From the NCBI RefSeq assembly GCF_009914755.1, contig NC_060932.1: a stretch of DNA of 64,000 nucleotides; one strand, 5' to 3'. This stretch comes from the human T2T-CHM13v2.0 reference genome, Homo sapiens. The notes under the pieces were generated by a model. It was not told where the DNA came from. It did not search any database and saw nothing but the letters and a program-made list of their open reading frames with translations. This document shows positions 1 to 13,330 of this stretch, piece by piece. Position 1 is the stretch's first letter. Every line of letters begins with the position of its first letter. Both the position numbers and the translations under genes were made by a program.

Positions 1-59
1 TTTGCACCACTCTGTGAATGGAGCCTGGATAGAAATGAGGAAACAACCCTTAAAGACCT

Positions 60-245
60 TATGTGTGTAAGCACTTTTGAAATTCTTGATGCAACTTCAT
101 TGCGTGGTTGCTGCAGGGAATCCAAGTCAAGACTGTATTTCCTCACATTCGAAATGAAGGCAATGATGTTGAATAGGTGAAGTCAGCTGCAGGGTCACCC
201 AAGCTGGTCAGTGACAATGTCAGAGCCAGGATGGGATCTTCCCAA
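60..245 (-). mobile_element. MIR SINE fragment
   Basis: Degenerate reverse-strand MIR core (tttcctcacattcgaaatgaagg...gggtcacccaagctggtcagtgac...agagccaggat). Confidence 0.5.
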
Positions 246-929
246 TATGGCAGAAGGAACAAGAGACTCAGTAGGTTCAAACTGTGGGACTAACACTACC
301 CAGAATAAAAACCTGGATCATGGACAGTGTTTTTTTTGGACAGAAATTTTGAAGGATGTACCTGGTCTTCCAACATCTAAAATCCTGCCCATCAAGATAG
401 ATTTCCCTGATGGGACCCTGTCACATGTTCATCGTCACTTAGCTTGCTGCTTTACCTTGGGTTCCATAAGTTTTTTCAAACCCATGTGTCTTTATCTGTT
501 ACATGGCATAATTGTTCTTAGGTGGCGTTGTATGGATCCGCCGAGATCAGACAGCTCCGAGCCAAGAGTCTGATACACAGTAGGGACCTACCAGACCCCA
601 GGATCCTCTGCCGCTCCTTCCTGCATGAAGCTGCCTCTGACGGCTCTAGCTCACACTTCTCCATCAGGGCTTCATTGCCTGTGGCTCAGTCTGTCTGTCT
701 CCGGTGGTGTGAATATGTGCCATAACCTACCTACCCCCATGGGCCAAACTCTCACTTGAAAAATGACATCACATGTTTGCCTCCAGAAGGCCTTCCCCCC
801 ATCCTCTCTGGCCCTCAATCCCAGCTAGCGCTGAGCTCTGACACCCCTCTGAAACCCCTTAGTCCTTATGAAAGAAGAGATGATATGACAAAGTTAGGCC
901 AGAAAGGACAGGGTGGGGAAACAGAGAAG

Positions 930-1830
<901 letters not shown>

Positions 1831-1989
1831 AGAAGGCACATCTTGGCAAACAAGTAGGGTAAATATAAAAGATGCAGGGGTGGGAATCCTACTATATCTC
1901 CATATAGCTCACCTGTAGAGCTGATACAAAAAAAGCCAGCTGGAATGCTGGAGAATAACAGGAGGTTGTTGGAAACTTCTTATTAAGTG

Positions 1990-2420
1990 GTAATGTTCCA
2001 CATGTGATATATTTACTGGAAGAAATCACCATGGCATTTTCTGGGTCAAAAACTGCATACCAGGTGCCAGGGTCCCCCACCCTGACTTCTGTTCCTGCTA
2101 GTAAAAATAAGCAGTTTGCCTTCACGGGGCTTAGACAGCAGTACACTGGTATGTCCTGTCTCAGGCTTATGTCAATTCTCCTGCCGTCTTACTACAGCAT
2201 GAAAGAACTTGATCATTGACACACCATAGTGTTTCTCACTGGTCCACTGCATCGAGGACATCCCTTGGTAAGACACGTGCATGAGAGAGTATGGGAGATG
2301 AACAGCGCTGAGGTTCAGGGGTCTTCCCCATTAACACATTTCCTGTGGTCCCAGTGGTCTGGGGAACAGGACCATTCCCTCTCAAGTGAGAGACAAGTTT
2401 CGGGACTCCCAAGGCCTTCT
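1990..2420 (+). mobile_element. ERVL-family internal (pol/RT) fossil
   Basis: Translations VPHVIYLLEEIT, KQFAFTGLRQQYT and LVRHVHERVWEMNSAEVQG..FLWSQWSG match ERVL RT (VPDVVSLLEQIN, KQFAFSWQGQQYT, LVRHL..RGWEINPTKIQG..FLGVQW); frameshifted and deleted. Confidence 0.85.
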
Positions 2421-2439
2421 AGGAAAAAGAAGGTGGTAC

Positions 2440-2812
2440 AGGGTATCCTCCACTGTCCTATTTAGGCGTTCCCAGCCACACCCTGCTCTCTACCCTGGGA
2501 GCTACATCAAGGGTCCCTTTGCCCTCTGGTTTCCAGTTGGGTCCATCCAATGGACAGCCCCAGTAGATCAGAGGAAGGGAAGAGGAGGGCGACTTCGGCA
2601 ACTAGCCGCATCTGTCAGCGGGCTTACAGCAGCTACTCTCTACAAGTTCCAGGAACTGCACCCTTGGCATGTTAATAGCTCTCCACTGGTGCTCCACATA
2701 CCCCTCATTGCTTCCCCCCAAACCTGCCTACGTGTTCGAGAAGAATTTATAAATAGCCCATTTATTAATCATTCAGTGTGAGAGTGCTATTTCCTGCAGA
2801 GACCCTGTTACA
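2440..2812 (+). mobile_element. LTR33-like ERVL LTR
   Basis: gggtccctttgccctctggtttccagttgggtccatccaatgg and the 3' end tataaatagcccatttatt...tttcctgcagagaccctg match the LTR33 family; directly downstream of the ERVL-int fragment. Confidence 0.7.
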
Positions 2813-2859
2813 CTATCTGTTTTCCCCTGGTCTGCTTAACAAATGTGCTTATGATAGAA

Positions 2860-3272
2860 CACTGCAGGTACTGTGTACAAACAGGCCTGCGAATATTAAG
2901 TCCACATGTCAGATGTTCCCAAATACCTGTACAGAACACACATACATGGCATCTATGAAGACTTCAGAGTACACACAGTGTACACTTGGAACCTAATGTG
3001 TAGAATAACGGCACATGTGACATAGTAGCACACTATATACAGATAGATTAGACCAAGAGGCACATATAACTACAGCGCACCCATATTCACCAGCAAATAT
3101 TGTCTATGCAGTGTGTGCGCCTGTAGAACACACATGACACAGGCTGTGTATGTGCCACACCTATGTATATGCTGCAGACTGCACGTTTTAGTAGTACACA
3201 CCACGTCTACAGATTGTATGTAGAAGATACAATAAAGAACATAGAAAATGCATGTATGCTGGACACGTGACA
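2860..3272. repeat. Degenerate CA/TA-rich low-complexity tract
   Basis: Many acac/atat/tgtg motifs with no perfect long array. Confidence 0.4.
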
Positions 3273-6200
3273 CAAGATGGCCTCTAAGCTCTTCCCAAGA
3301 GGAGAATGAGGTACAAATCTAATACATTCCCCCAGCACCTGTGTGACAGCTCAAGTCCTGAGAAACCATTTTTTTCCCATCTGCAAATGAACATATCCCA
3401 GCATCACCCGCCCAGGGGTCAGAAGATATATTCATTCATCTACTCATACATTACCCATTCAGATATCTCCATTGACTGTGCCCTGGGACCTGCTCTTGGC
3501 ACAGGGGATTCCACAAACACTTCTTTCCTGGAAATCTCCCAAGGGGCTCCAGCCAGCCTGTACCAGGAGCCCTGCCCAGTGCCCAACACGAGCAGGTGCG
3601 GATAGAGGCTGGGGCATGGATGTGGAAAGGCCACAGGTGACCCCTAGGCTGTCTGTTCCTGGTTACCTCCTACCCCACCTGTGAGCTCAGGAACCACACA
3701 TGCCCAGGTGGATTTTCCCTCTAGGACTCCAGGCTCCTACAATACCCTACCGCCCCCTCCCCCTACCCTCCAGGCACTACAGGGTGGTGACCTTCTCCAT
3801 CTCTGAGGACCACAGAGGTGGCAGAATCTCAGAAGTCCCACCCACCACTGGCCACGCTTCCCTCATCATAAAGGGGTCACTTATCCCTTTGGCAATGAGA
3901 CTTCTGAAATGGATCTGCACAAAATTCAGGAGGGACACACAGGGCACTAAAGGTAGAGATAATGAAACCAGGACTCCCAGAGGGGCGCCTCCGACTGCGG
4001 GTGAGATCTAGCCAAGCAGCCTCAGTCACTCGAACCACTTCACAGACGTGTAAGATGAGGCTGCAGGAGGGTTGCCAACCCACAACCGCCCCGCAAGAGG
4101 CCACATCATCCTTACCTAACCCGATGCCTGGCACCCCCTACAGGCACCCAGCCAACAGCAGGGCCCTAAGCCAGAGCCCCACCAACTGAGGAATGCAAAG
4201 ACCACACACAGGGTACAAAGCCCCTGCACACAAGGGACGCAGCCAGCCCACGCTGCTCATCTCCAGAGCTTCACCGCCTGTTTTGCTGACATCTAGGGGG
4301 ATGCTGAGTTAGACACGCCTGCCTTTGGGACCTGGTACCGGTCCAGATGGTCACACGGAGTCAGGCCTCTGGGTGTGAGGTTAACCATAGTGGTGCTGGT
4401 GACAGACAGCACTGACAGCCTGAAATTTGGTTTCCAGCACTGCTCACACAGCAGCAGCATCCCCAACACCATCCTTCCCAAGATTCCAGGATGCCGGCAT
4501 GTTCAGGGACCCTGGAGGGAGCTTACAGTCGGTTCCAGTTGAGTGGCTGTCCCAGCTTTCTCAGCCCGGCTGGCCCCTGCATCACTCAGTGCTTTAGGCT
4601 CCAGGGTCCTGCTCTGCCCACCCACCTGCCCTCCCCTGGCCTGCTCAGCTTTGCCAACAGGTGGTAGTGCCCAGGACCAGGCAGGGTGGGTAGATGTGAG
4701 TGGTGAAGGAGATCCAGGAAAACCCCCAGCTCAGCCCAGCCCCATGTCCCAGCACATGGAACCAACCCCTCGAGTGGCAGCCCCACCCAGGGGTCTGGAG
4801 CATCCTAGGTCACCTGCTAAGTGAAGCCAGCCCTAGAAGAGAACCTCCAGTTCACCCGGCCCACCTCCACAGTCAGAGGCAACTGACACCCGGGGGCCGG
4901 TGATGCCCAACTCGACAGGGCAGGCCGGTGACGGGGTTCCTGCCCTACAGATCTGGAAAGGGGACAGTCATTGTAAAAATGGCAAAGCCCACTTGGAAAA
5001 GCTGACTCTGTCCTGGGCACTGTGACTCCTGAGCAGACTCTGCGCTGTGCACTATGACTCCTGAGCACCCTGGGAGGACCCCTCTACTTCCTCATCTGTG
5101 AAATGGGGCAGATGACGTGCATCAGAGCACAATGAGAATCAGCCCCCTCACCTGGCCCCTCCCAGAACTGGCCAAATTCATGGGTCCCCTCACCGAGAGC
5201 TGGGCCATGCAGCCTCTGAGCCGAGCCCCACCTCAGGCTGGCGTGCAGCCCTTGGGGGTCAGACCTTCCAGCCCCCAAGTGCCCATGTGGATCTGTAGCC
5301 AAGGACGTCTGGGCCCAAGGGAACTGACAGCCTGCCTGCTTCCACAGGGCCTCCTTAGCCGGTTACTAGGTGCCTCTCCCAGCCCCGGACCCTGGTGGAA
5401 GGCTGGGGGCTCCCAGGACAGCACCCACAGGCTGTACTCCTCACCTATCCAGACCCTGACTGGCCCTGCTGGGTAGTCACAGCCTGGGTCACCTTGGGCC
5501 AGACCGTGAGCTCCCGAGGAGAGCAGAGCCCACTCCTGACTCAGCTGTGCAGATCCCAGAGCCCAGCATGGAGGAGAAGGCAGCACATGGTATCTCCTTG
5601 CTGTGCAAGTGACTTCCATCTTCCCAGGCCTGCCTGGAAATCCCAGCCAATCCCTAAGCCCAGGGCCCAAGGTGGCTGGGGGCAGCTTTGCGCAAGACAC
5701 AGCATCACCCAGCCTGATTTTCATGGCCTCTTTAATATACTTAGTGGGTCTCTTTGATCTGTCCTGGGAGAGGCTTTGCAGAGAAGCAGCCTTCATCTCT
5801 CTGCTGCAGCTGGCTAACAAAACAGGAAAAAAAAAAAAAATGAATAGGCTCCATCTTCCCAGAGGGGAGAGAGGCAGAGGACAAGGAAAATAAAACTAAT
5901 CATTTCTATTGGGTCTGGAGCTCCCCGAAAAACCAGCTGTGGCTAGAAGGCAGCACTCACTTCAAGACACCTGCCACTCCCCAGTGGCTCCTGCAAGATT
6001 TCCCAGAAGTCATGGCAGCCACCAGGTACCAGAAGCTTCCCAGCTTCTCCTGTTCTGAACAGCATTATTTCACTTAAAGATACTCTAAGCACATGGGACA
6101 TAGTAGTGCAAGATGCATACTATATACACGTAGGTTAGACCATAAGAGGCACCTGTTCTGAGCTCCATATTTTAATTAAAGACACTCAAAGTATCCAGTG

Positions 6201-7959
6201 GGCTGTCCCCACTGGAAAAAGGCAAATAGGGCAGCCTGGGCCAGGTGGACTGCAGACCAGCCTCGCTCCTGCACTCCAGCGCTCAAGAGCTGTCTGTGGC
6301 TCCCCATGTCCCCCCTGGCAATCTAGGTACATCCACACCTGACCATGAGTGACCTTCACAGACTTAAAGGGTAAAACCTCTGCCCTCCACTGTGGAGCTT
6401 ATTCAGGGGAGAGGTAGACAGAGCAGGGCCTTTACCTCCTGCCTCTGCAGCATTACTACCCCCATTCCTTCCACTTGGGAATGCCCAGGCCATTACCCCG
6501 CTTACCTGAGCCCTTGACCAGAAGCCATCAAGCTGAGCTTTGAATTCCCACTGCAGTGGGGTGGAGTGGAGGAGCTCAGCCCCTGGTGTCAGGCCAGTCC
6601 AGGTTTGAGCCCTGACCGTGCCCTCGGAGGGACTGTGGATGGTCACCTCCCTCCCTGGGCCTCTTTCTCTTCTGTCACTGCAACCCCAGTCTCCCAGGGA
6701 GCCTGGCTATTCCAGGAGCTGGAGCGGCTGTCATGCAGGTGAGGGGTACCCATGGCTGTCTCCCCCAGCCCACAGTTCCCTGGGACAGGCTGCCCAGCAC
6801 GGGAAGGAGATGGCCATACAAGTATTTAGGCACTGAGAAATTTCCTGCTGGAAGAGAATGAAATATTTATAAAGGACATGCAAAGTTTGTGCCGGTAAGA
6901 ATTAAAACAGCCACAAATTCCATTAAAGAATGACTCAGGGTGGCTTGGAGGAGGAGCAGGCTGGAGAAGAGAGCTGCCCTTGGGCCTCAGGCTTCCCACC
7001 TGGCTCCCACGGAAGCCTGCGGCAAGCATCCCACTCATCCTCCCATGAGCTTCGGCCCCGCTCAGGCCCCGGAATGAACTCGGCATGATTTAAACCCAGG
7101 CGTCTGCAAACACCAAAAGCAAAGTGATGCATGGGTCGCGCGTAGGGTGGGCAGGAATCAGTGGGTCCCAAAGTCTGGGTCTGGTTCCATCTCCTGCTTA
7201 CTATGACCTTGGGCAAGACACCTTAGATCCTCTAAGCGTTAACCTTCCCTTCTGGCAAGGGCAATATGGAATGAAGCAGCCTCCTCCAGTGGCACAGCAC
7301 TTTACACTTGACAATGCTTTTCCCAACTCATTCTCTCATGGATAAGGGGTATCAGTGGTGGTGTGTCAAGTCCTCCTCTTGCAATATAACACAACCCCTA
7401 TTTCTACTGGGCACCACACACAGGCTTGGTCTCCTGTTCAATCCAAGAAGGGAACAGTACTTTGTAGGCACTCTGATGGTTTCAGCAAAAGCCTCAGGGT
7501 TTGGGGCTTGACTGGTGACTCAAAGGCTTCGGCTTTTTCCTGCCAGACTGGAGGGTGCCAGGGGGTGAGGTCTGGAGCTCCTGCAGTCATTTCACTATCA
7601 GGAGGATGAACTCAGCCACAGAAGATAACATCCCGACCCCGATCTCAGAGATGGGAAGCTGTACAGAGATGTTTCACCCTGCCTCTAAGCCTGTCCTACC
7701 CGGAGTGAGCCCAGCTCACAGACAGTTCATTCTGTTCCCCTGTAAATATGTTGGCTTTAGCCAGCGTTTCACTGTAAGTGATTAACACCCAACCTGGAGT
7801 ATACATCCTAATACCCTAGCCAGACTACAAATAACCCACAACAGTTTTGTCAACAAAGCACTTTGCAATTCACACTCCCCTGTGTCTCTTGTGGTTTCTC
7901 TTAGAAGCTACCTCTGATATGTATGTCCTGGGGAGAGGGGCTGGAAGGTAACAGGGCTG

Positions 7960-8195
7960 TGAGCAGGGAATGGCCAGCTGGCAGGCCAGGGCCTCTCAAA
8001 GAGCAGCTGCTCCCATCCTGGCCCCAGGACGGTGGGCCAGGGTGACTCAATTCTGAGTTTTAAAGAGAAGCCGAAAATATGGATTTTTAAAATGTGGTAT
8101 CTAATTAGTGTCCAATTAAACATTTGAAAACATGGCACAGGCCAAACAAAATAAGATGAAACAGACCATCTGTCTCAAACGGAGGCCACACATGC
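7960..8195 (+). mobile_element. MER102-like hAT DNA transposon fragment
   Basis: agagaagccgaaaatatggatttttaaaatg...aaaacatggcacaggccaaacaaaa resembles MER102. Confidence 0.55.
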
Positions 8196-9479
8196 TCCAG
8201 AAATGGTGAAGAAGGAAGAGCGAGAACAGAAGAGAGCTGGGGTTGTAGGGGAGGAGGGCGGCAGGAGAGTGAGGCGAGTGGGGGTCAGTGAGACCCACAA
8301 CATACACGGCTCTCCATCTCCTTTGCCTTTCCTCCCTCATGGTGAGGCCACCAGGGACAAGAATCATCAGTTGGCTCCATCCATTTCACAGATGCACAAA
8401 CAAAGGCAACATAGAAGCACCTCCAGCACTGGGCTGAGTTCAGCCCTGCCCTGCACAGCGTGCCGAGGAACCCCATACCCTGGCAAACATGGTCGTTCTG
8501 GGTAATCTAAGGCCCCTTCCCACAATCGCCATGGAGAACTTGAGCCCCAGGCCCTGGCCCCTTCCACAGATGGGAACACTGAGGCCCTTGTTCATGCCGA
8601 CCAGGCAGGGCATGGCCCCCTCGTCTTCCACATTGACCCACGCTCCAGGATTCCAAGGCCCCAGCCCTGAGCTGCCCTCAGAGCCCTGGCAACTGGCTTA
8701 TTCTCAGGCTTGGCACCAAATCTTGGCAGATTTGGTGTTTTATTTAATGAAAGCAATTTCCTCATATGATTTATTATTAATTTCCAAAAAGAACTTCAGT
8801 TGCCTTTTGATTACCCTTCATTTGATGCCTTAAGGGGGGAAATGGACTAAATATATAAAATATATTTCTAAAACATATGAACTTGCAAAGCACAAATTTC
8901 CAACAACATTCACGAAGGCCTTTCTCCTCTTCTGCTCCATGTAGGGCCTTGAGTGAGGCCCCCTCAGGAGAGCCCTAGGGCCCCTTCCTGAGGAAGGCCA
9001 GCCTCAGGGAGCCCCGTTGCCTGGCCCAGGGTTGCACTGGGTGGACATCTCGTCCCTGGTTGACCCATGGTTATCACTGACCCAGCACCGCTTGCAGTGG
9101 CCTTGGCCAGCCTGGCTCCGACTGCAGTCGGCCACTTTCCAGCTCTGTGGCTTCACCTCCCATGGGCCCCAGTCCCTTCTCATTATGAGGACCCAGCCGA
9201 GATTAAATGAAGCGTCTTCATCCCCTTTCTATGGATTGGAAGGCTGAGCCTCGATACACATCAGCTGTCATAGTTACATGTGCTTCTCCTTTAGTCCCCA
9301 CAGCGACCTCACCAGGTGGCATCAGGAAACACCCTCTGCTGGCTGGGGCCGAGATGCATGCGGGGGCGCCCCTGGGGAGGGCAGAAAGGCCTACACAGCG
9401 TGCCCCAAGATGTTCTCCACTCCTGGCTCATACCCAAACACCAAAGAAATCTGTTCTTAAAGCATTTTTAGCAACTTCA

Positions 9480-10332
9480 CATCTAGGCGTGTCACTGAAA
9501 CCTAAACAAGTATTTGTACCCATGTATTCACAGCCTAGCTTAACAGTCCAAACGTCCATCAGTGGATAGACGCCTAAACAAACGTGGTCCATGTGTACAA
9601 CGGAATGTGTTCAGCCTTAAAGAGAGATGCAGTCCTGACGGGCATTACAGTGCAGATAAACCTTAGTCAGCTCAAGCTGGGCTGCCATAACAAAATATTA
9701 TACCACAGCCCTGGGAAGCGTCAGCAAAAGACACTGATTTCTCCACAGTTCTGGAGCCTAGAACTCCACAATGAAAGGGGGGGAAGATGCAGTTTCTGGT
9801 GGGGGCTCCCCGGGGCTTTGAGGGGGCCACCTTCCTGCTGTGTCCCCAGATGGTGCAGAGAGAGACAGTGTCCCCATATCCCTTACTCTTCTCAGGAATC
9901 CTAAACCTGATGGATGAGGGCTTCACTCATGTGACCCCATTTAACCTCAATTACCTCTCCTAAAGGCCCCATCTCCAAATACGGTCACATTGGAAGTTAG
10001 GGCTTCAATGTGTGAATTTCGGGGGGCACAGTTCAGTCCATAACCCTGAGTGACAGAAGCCAGTCATGAAAGAACAAGTATTGTAGGAGTCCACGAACAC
10101 CAGAACAGGGACACCTATGGGGACAGAAAGCAGGTTAGTGGTTGCCTAGGGGTTGCGGGGGGAGCGGGCGTGGGGGGCGGCGCGAAAGGGTAAGGGGTTT
10201 CTTTTGGGGATAAAGAAAACGGCTCGGAACTCAGTCCCAGTGGTTGTACAACATTGCACTAAATTGTACACTGAACTATACTCTTTGAAAGAGGGAATTT
10301 TGCAACGCGCATTTTACCCCAATTTTGAAAAA
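9480..10332 (+). mobile_element. L1MB/ME-type 3' end, interrupted by MLT1A
   Basis: ccaaacgtccatcagtggatag...cagccttaaagag before the LTR; gaagccagtca...gacagaaagcaggttagtggttgcctagggg...cactgaactatactctttgaaag after it. Confidence 0.75.
9662..10044 (-). mobile_element. MLT1A-type MaLR LTR
   Basis: gggctgccataacaaaata...aaaggccccatctccaaatacggtcacattggaagttagggcttcaa...ttcagtccataac is reverse-complement MLT1A. Confidence 0.85.
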
Positions 10333-11620
10333 GCATTATTTTTAATGCTTCTAAGCTTTAAAACTCTTAAGCTGAGCCTCAGAGGATAAGGAAGTGGTGG
10401 AGGCGAGGCTTTGTGGGCGCTGGAAGGAACGGGTCTGCTCGCAGGGGCTTGCTACTGGCCTGGAAATGCTCTGCAGAGTCCTGGGCTCTGCCGCCGCCGC
10501 CGCCCCCACCTCCCCGGGGCCTCTCTCCCGGAGGATGCAGGCCTGGGCCAGCCCCTAATCCTAGAGCCACACAGCAGCAACATCCGACGCTCGCTGGTCC
10601 CACTTAGCCACCCACACCCTTCCACCCACTCCAGCCTCCAGGCACAGGCTGCAGACACAGGCCTGAGCCTGCACCATATCTGCCAATGGAAGGCCCGCGG
10701 AGTGGCTTTGGGGTGGCAGCTCGGAGAGGGTGTAGGTGAACCTCTCAGGTCCGGGGACTTGGGCCTGCCCAGAGACACAGAGGGGAAGACAGGTGCGTAG
10801 AAGGCCTTCTCCTATGAAAGGGCCACACAAGCGCACTGCACATCGTGTGTCCTGAGCAGGAGGCCGACAGCAGGGTGGGTGGAGAAGGCTGCGGTCAAGG
10901 CACACCCCCTTCTCAGTCCCCCAGAATATCAAAGGCTGGGAAACACAGAAGCCTGCAATCACACTCTTGCGAGACGCTGGAGGTCATCCATCCCCCAAGT
11001 AAGTCTGCTTTTGAAAGAGGCTCCTAGAAAGTGTTGCCAGGAAGGAGCCGAATGGTCCACTAGGACGGAGAGCCTGTGCCTCAGGGGCTCCGCTCCCTGC
11101 AAGAGGGGCTCTGCGCAGCGCCGGCCACCGGAGAGGCAACGGCGCCCTCTGGCGGGCACTCGGGCGACTGCAGGGACACGGCCCCGGGTGCGGGGTCGGC
11201 CGCCCACGTTTTCCGGTGACTGCGTCCAGAACGCAGGAATCATCTGGGAAAAGTCGCTAATCTTTCTTTCTCATAGATGAGATGTCATGCGATGAATGTT
11301 TTCTCAGAAGCTGCCATCCATCAGTGGCCTTTCAGCATTGACAAAAGATAAATAATGGTAACAATAACGACTACCAGATACTGTGGGCTGGCGCTGGGCC
11401 GGGGACTGCGCTAAGATATTTTCCCTTCCTCAACCCACTGGTTCTGGGGAAGGGGATACCCTTTGCGGGGTCAGTGGTATTCTCTCTGTGGCACGGGTGA
11501 GAAAACGCCCCCTAGCCCTGCGCAAAGCACGTTGCCTTTGTAAGCCCCCAAGCCAGCCTGATGTGGTCTTCAGCCTCTGCACTCAGAGCCTGGCCCTGGC
11601 TGCAGGCTGGGCGCCCACAC
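10140..11620. promoter_or_regulatory. CpG-enriched segment (weak CpG island, candidate regulatory element)
   Basis: Visibly higher CpG density than the flanks (gcgggcgtggggggcggcgcg; (GCC)5 at 10490-10504; dense CpGs at 11110-11235). Density was not computed. Confidence 0.5.
11140..11158 (-). promoter_or_regulatory. CTCF binding motif
   Basis: Reverse complement tgcCCGCCAGAGGGCGCcg matches core CCASYAGRKGGCRS with one tolerated A>G change, in CpG-rich context. Confidence 0.6.
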
Positions 11621-12555
11621 CTGGTCAGGCACTGGAGAGAAACCTGCATTTTCCTGCTGGCCGCCTCCACCCCTTTCCAGCAAAATTCTCCTCACTCCCT
11701 TCCGTTCTACTCTTTCTTCCCACCACTAAATAATTCCTCTCCCACTCCAAAAAAATTTTTAGAAATACTACAAGAAAATGTGGGGAAACAAGCCTAAATT
11801 TAAAAAACAAAGTACAGAGGGAAAAATATATATAAAATGTGGCTGACTTTTGAAAAGTCTATGGTAGAAGAACTGAAAATCAAGCTAGGTCCTAATACCC
11901 TCTGTAAGTAATAATTGATATATTTTGTTTAAAAAAAAGTGAAATCAAATCAAACTTTAATTCCTGTTTTGTTTCTGCTGGATTCTCATGTAGGGCTAAT
12001 TCACCTTGCAGGGTCTGAGAGGGAACAGGCAGAGTTCACCCTGGAAGGATCTATGGGTCAGAAGAGCAAGAGCCTTGAATGCCGAGTTACTGGGAGCTGT
12101 AAGTTCCGGTCAAACCAGACCAGATGAGAACCATAAAACCCGATGCCTCTTGGGAGGTTTGACAGTGGAAATGAAGGTAAGACATGTTGCATGTGTGACT
12201 TCTAAAGCATTGCTTCCTAATAATGGGATCACCTGGGATTTGCCGCAACGCCCATTCTGCATGGGAGGTAGGGGGCTGGGGCCTCTGCATTTCTAGCAAG
12301 TGCCTCATTGACACGAGTCACCACAGACCCCACATCATGCAAAAAAAGGGCCTCAAAAAAGCAGGAGCAGGCAAGATCTGTGGGGTGCCCCAGGCCTTGT
12401 TCACAGCATGTTTTCACTGTTAACGCTGAACTCAGTGCACACTGATGACGGAGTCAGCCCACGCTGGAGTCTGATGGCAGCAAACTGGCTTCCACCAGGG
12501 CCTCCCGCGTGGAAGGATGCTCATTTTCTCAGGAAGCAACAGAAGCAGGTGGGTT

Positions 12556-12980
12556 CTAGCAGAGACAGACAGTGTCTACCCACATATGTGACCTCCTCCT
12601 GCTCCTGGGCACACAGCTGGGCCACAGAGTCCCTCGCAAGTAGACATGGCCATGTGACTCAGTGCTGGCCAGCAGGGTTCCAGGCCTGGCCCACTAAAAC
12701 CTGCCGTATGATTTTCTCTCTCTGACCTTCTGTTTCTGTCTCTGCCTCTGTTTCTCTCTCCCTGCTCCCATTCCCCCCGCTCCCTCCCTAAAGATAGAAG
12801 CCTCAGAACCTAAGGTGGGATGGTGCCTCCAGCTGTTAGGAGCCTGGGTTCTGAGTGACCAGCTAGAGCAGAGCCCCTGCCGAGAAACAGTGGCTGTGAT
12901 GCAAGAGAAAAAGTAACCCGTGATGCATGAAGCCAATGGCATTTGGGGGTACAGCTGCTATGCACCTAGCTCATAACATG
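12556..12980 (+). mobile_element. MLT1I/J-type MaLR LTR
   Basis: ctcctgggcacacagctgggc...ggccatgtgactcagtgctggcc...ttccaggcctggccc...ggagcctgggttctgagtgacc. Confidence 0.65.
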
Positions 12981-13194
12981 TACTTAAGATGATTCTGTAC
13001 AAGCACAGAAGTTGAACCTGGAGAGCAAAGACGTACAGACAGGCCCACCCCGCTTATTGTTCAACAACATGCGAGAAGAACCCCTCGGTTTGGTGCAGTC
13101 ACGTCCATGGAACAGGTGAGAAAACGAGGGCTCAGGGACACGAGTAGCAGTGGGGCGATCTGGCAGGGTGCAGCCTGCCGTGTGACGCTGACAG

Positions 13195-13330
13195 GCCATG
13201 TGCACATAGACACAGGTACATACACACAGGCACTCAAACACACACATGTATACAGAAACATGGACACGCTCACATACACGAACATACACATGACATGCTT
13301 ACATACATACAGATATGCTCACACACACAT
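13195..13330. repeat. Degenerate (CA)n/(CATA)n tract
   Basis: Runs such as cacatagacacaggtacatacacacag. Confidence 0.6.

Noticed and set aside
7785-7840. Possible second NUMT (cctggagtatacatcctaat, reminiscent of COX1 PEVYIL)
   Set aside because: Similarity spans only about 6 codons and does not extend; probably chance.
5538-8050. Several AP-1 motifs (TGACTCA)
   Set aside because: A 7-mer at roughly background frequency; not enough to call an enhancer.
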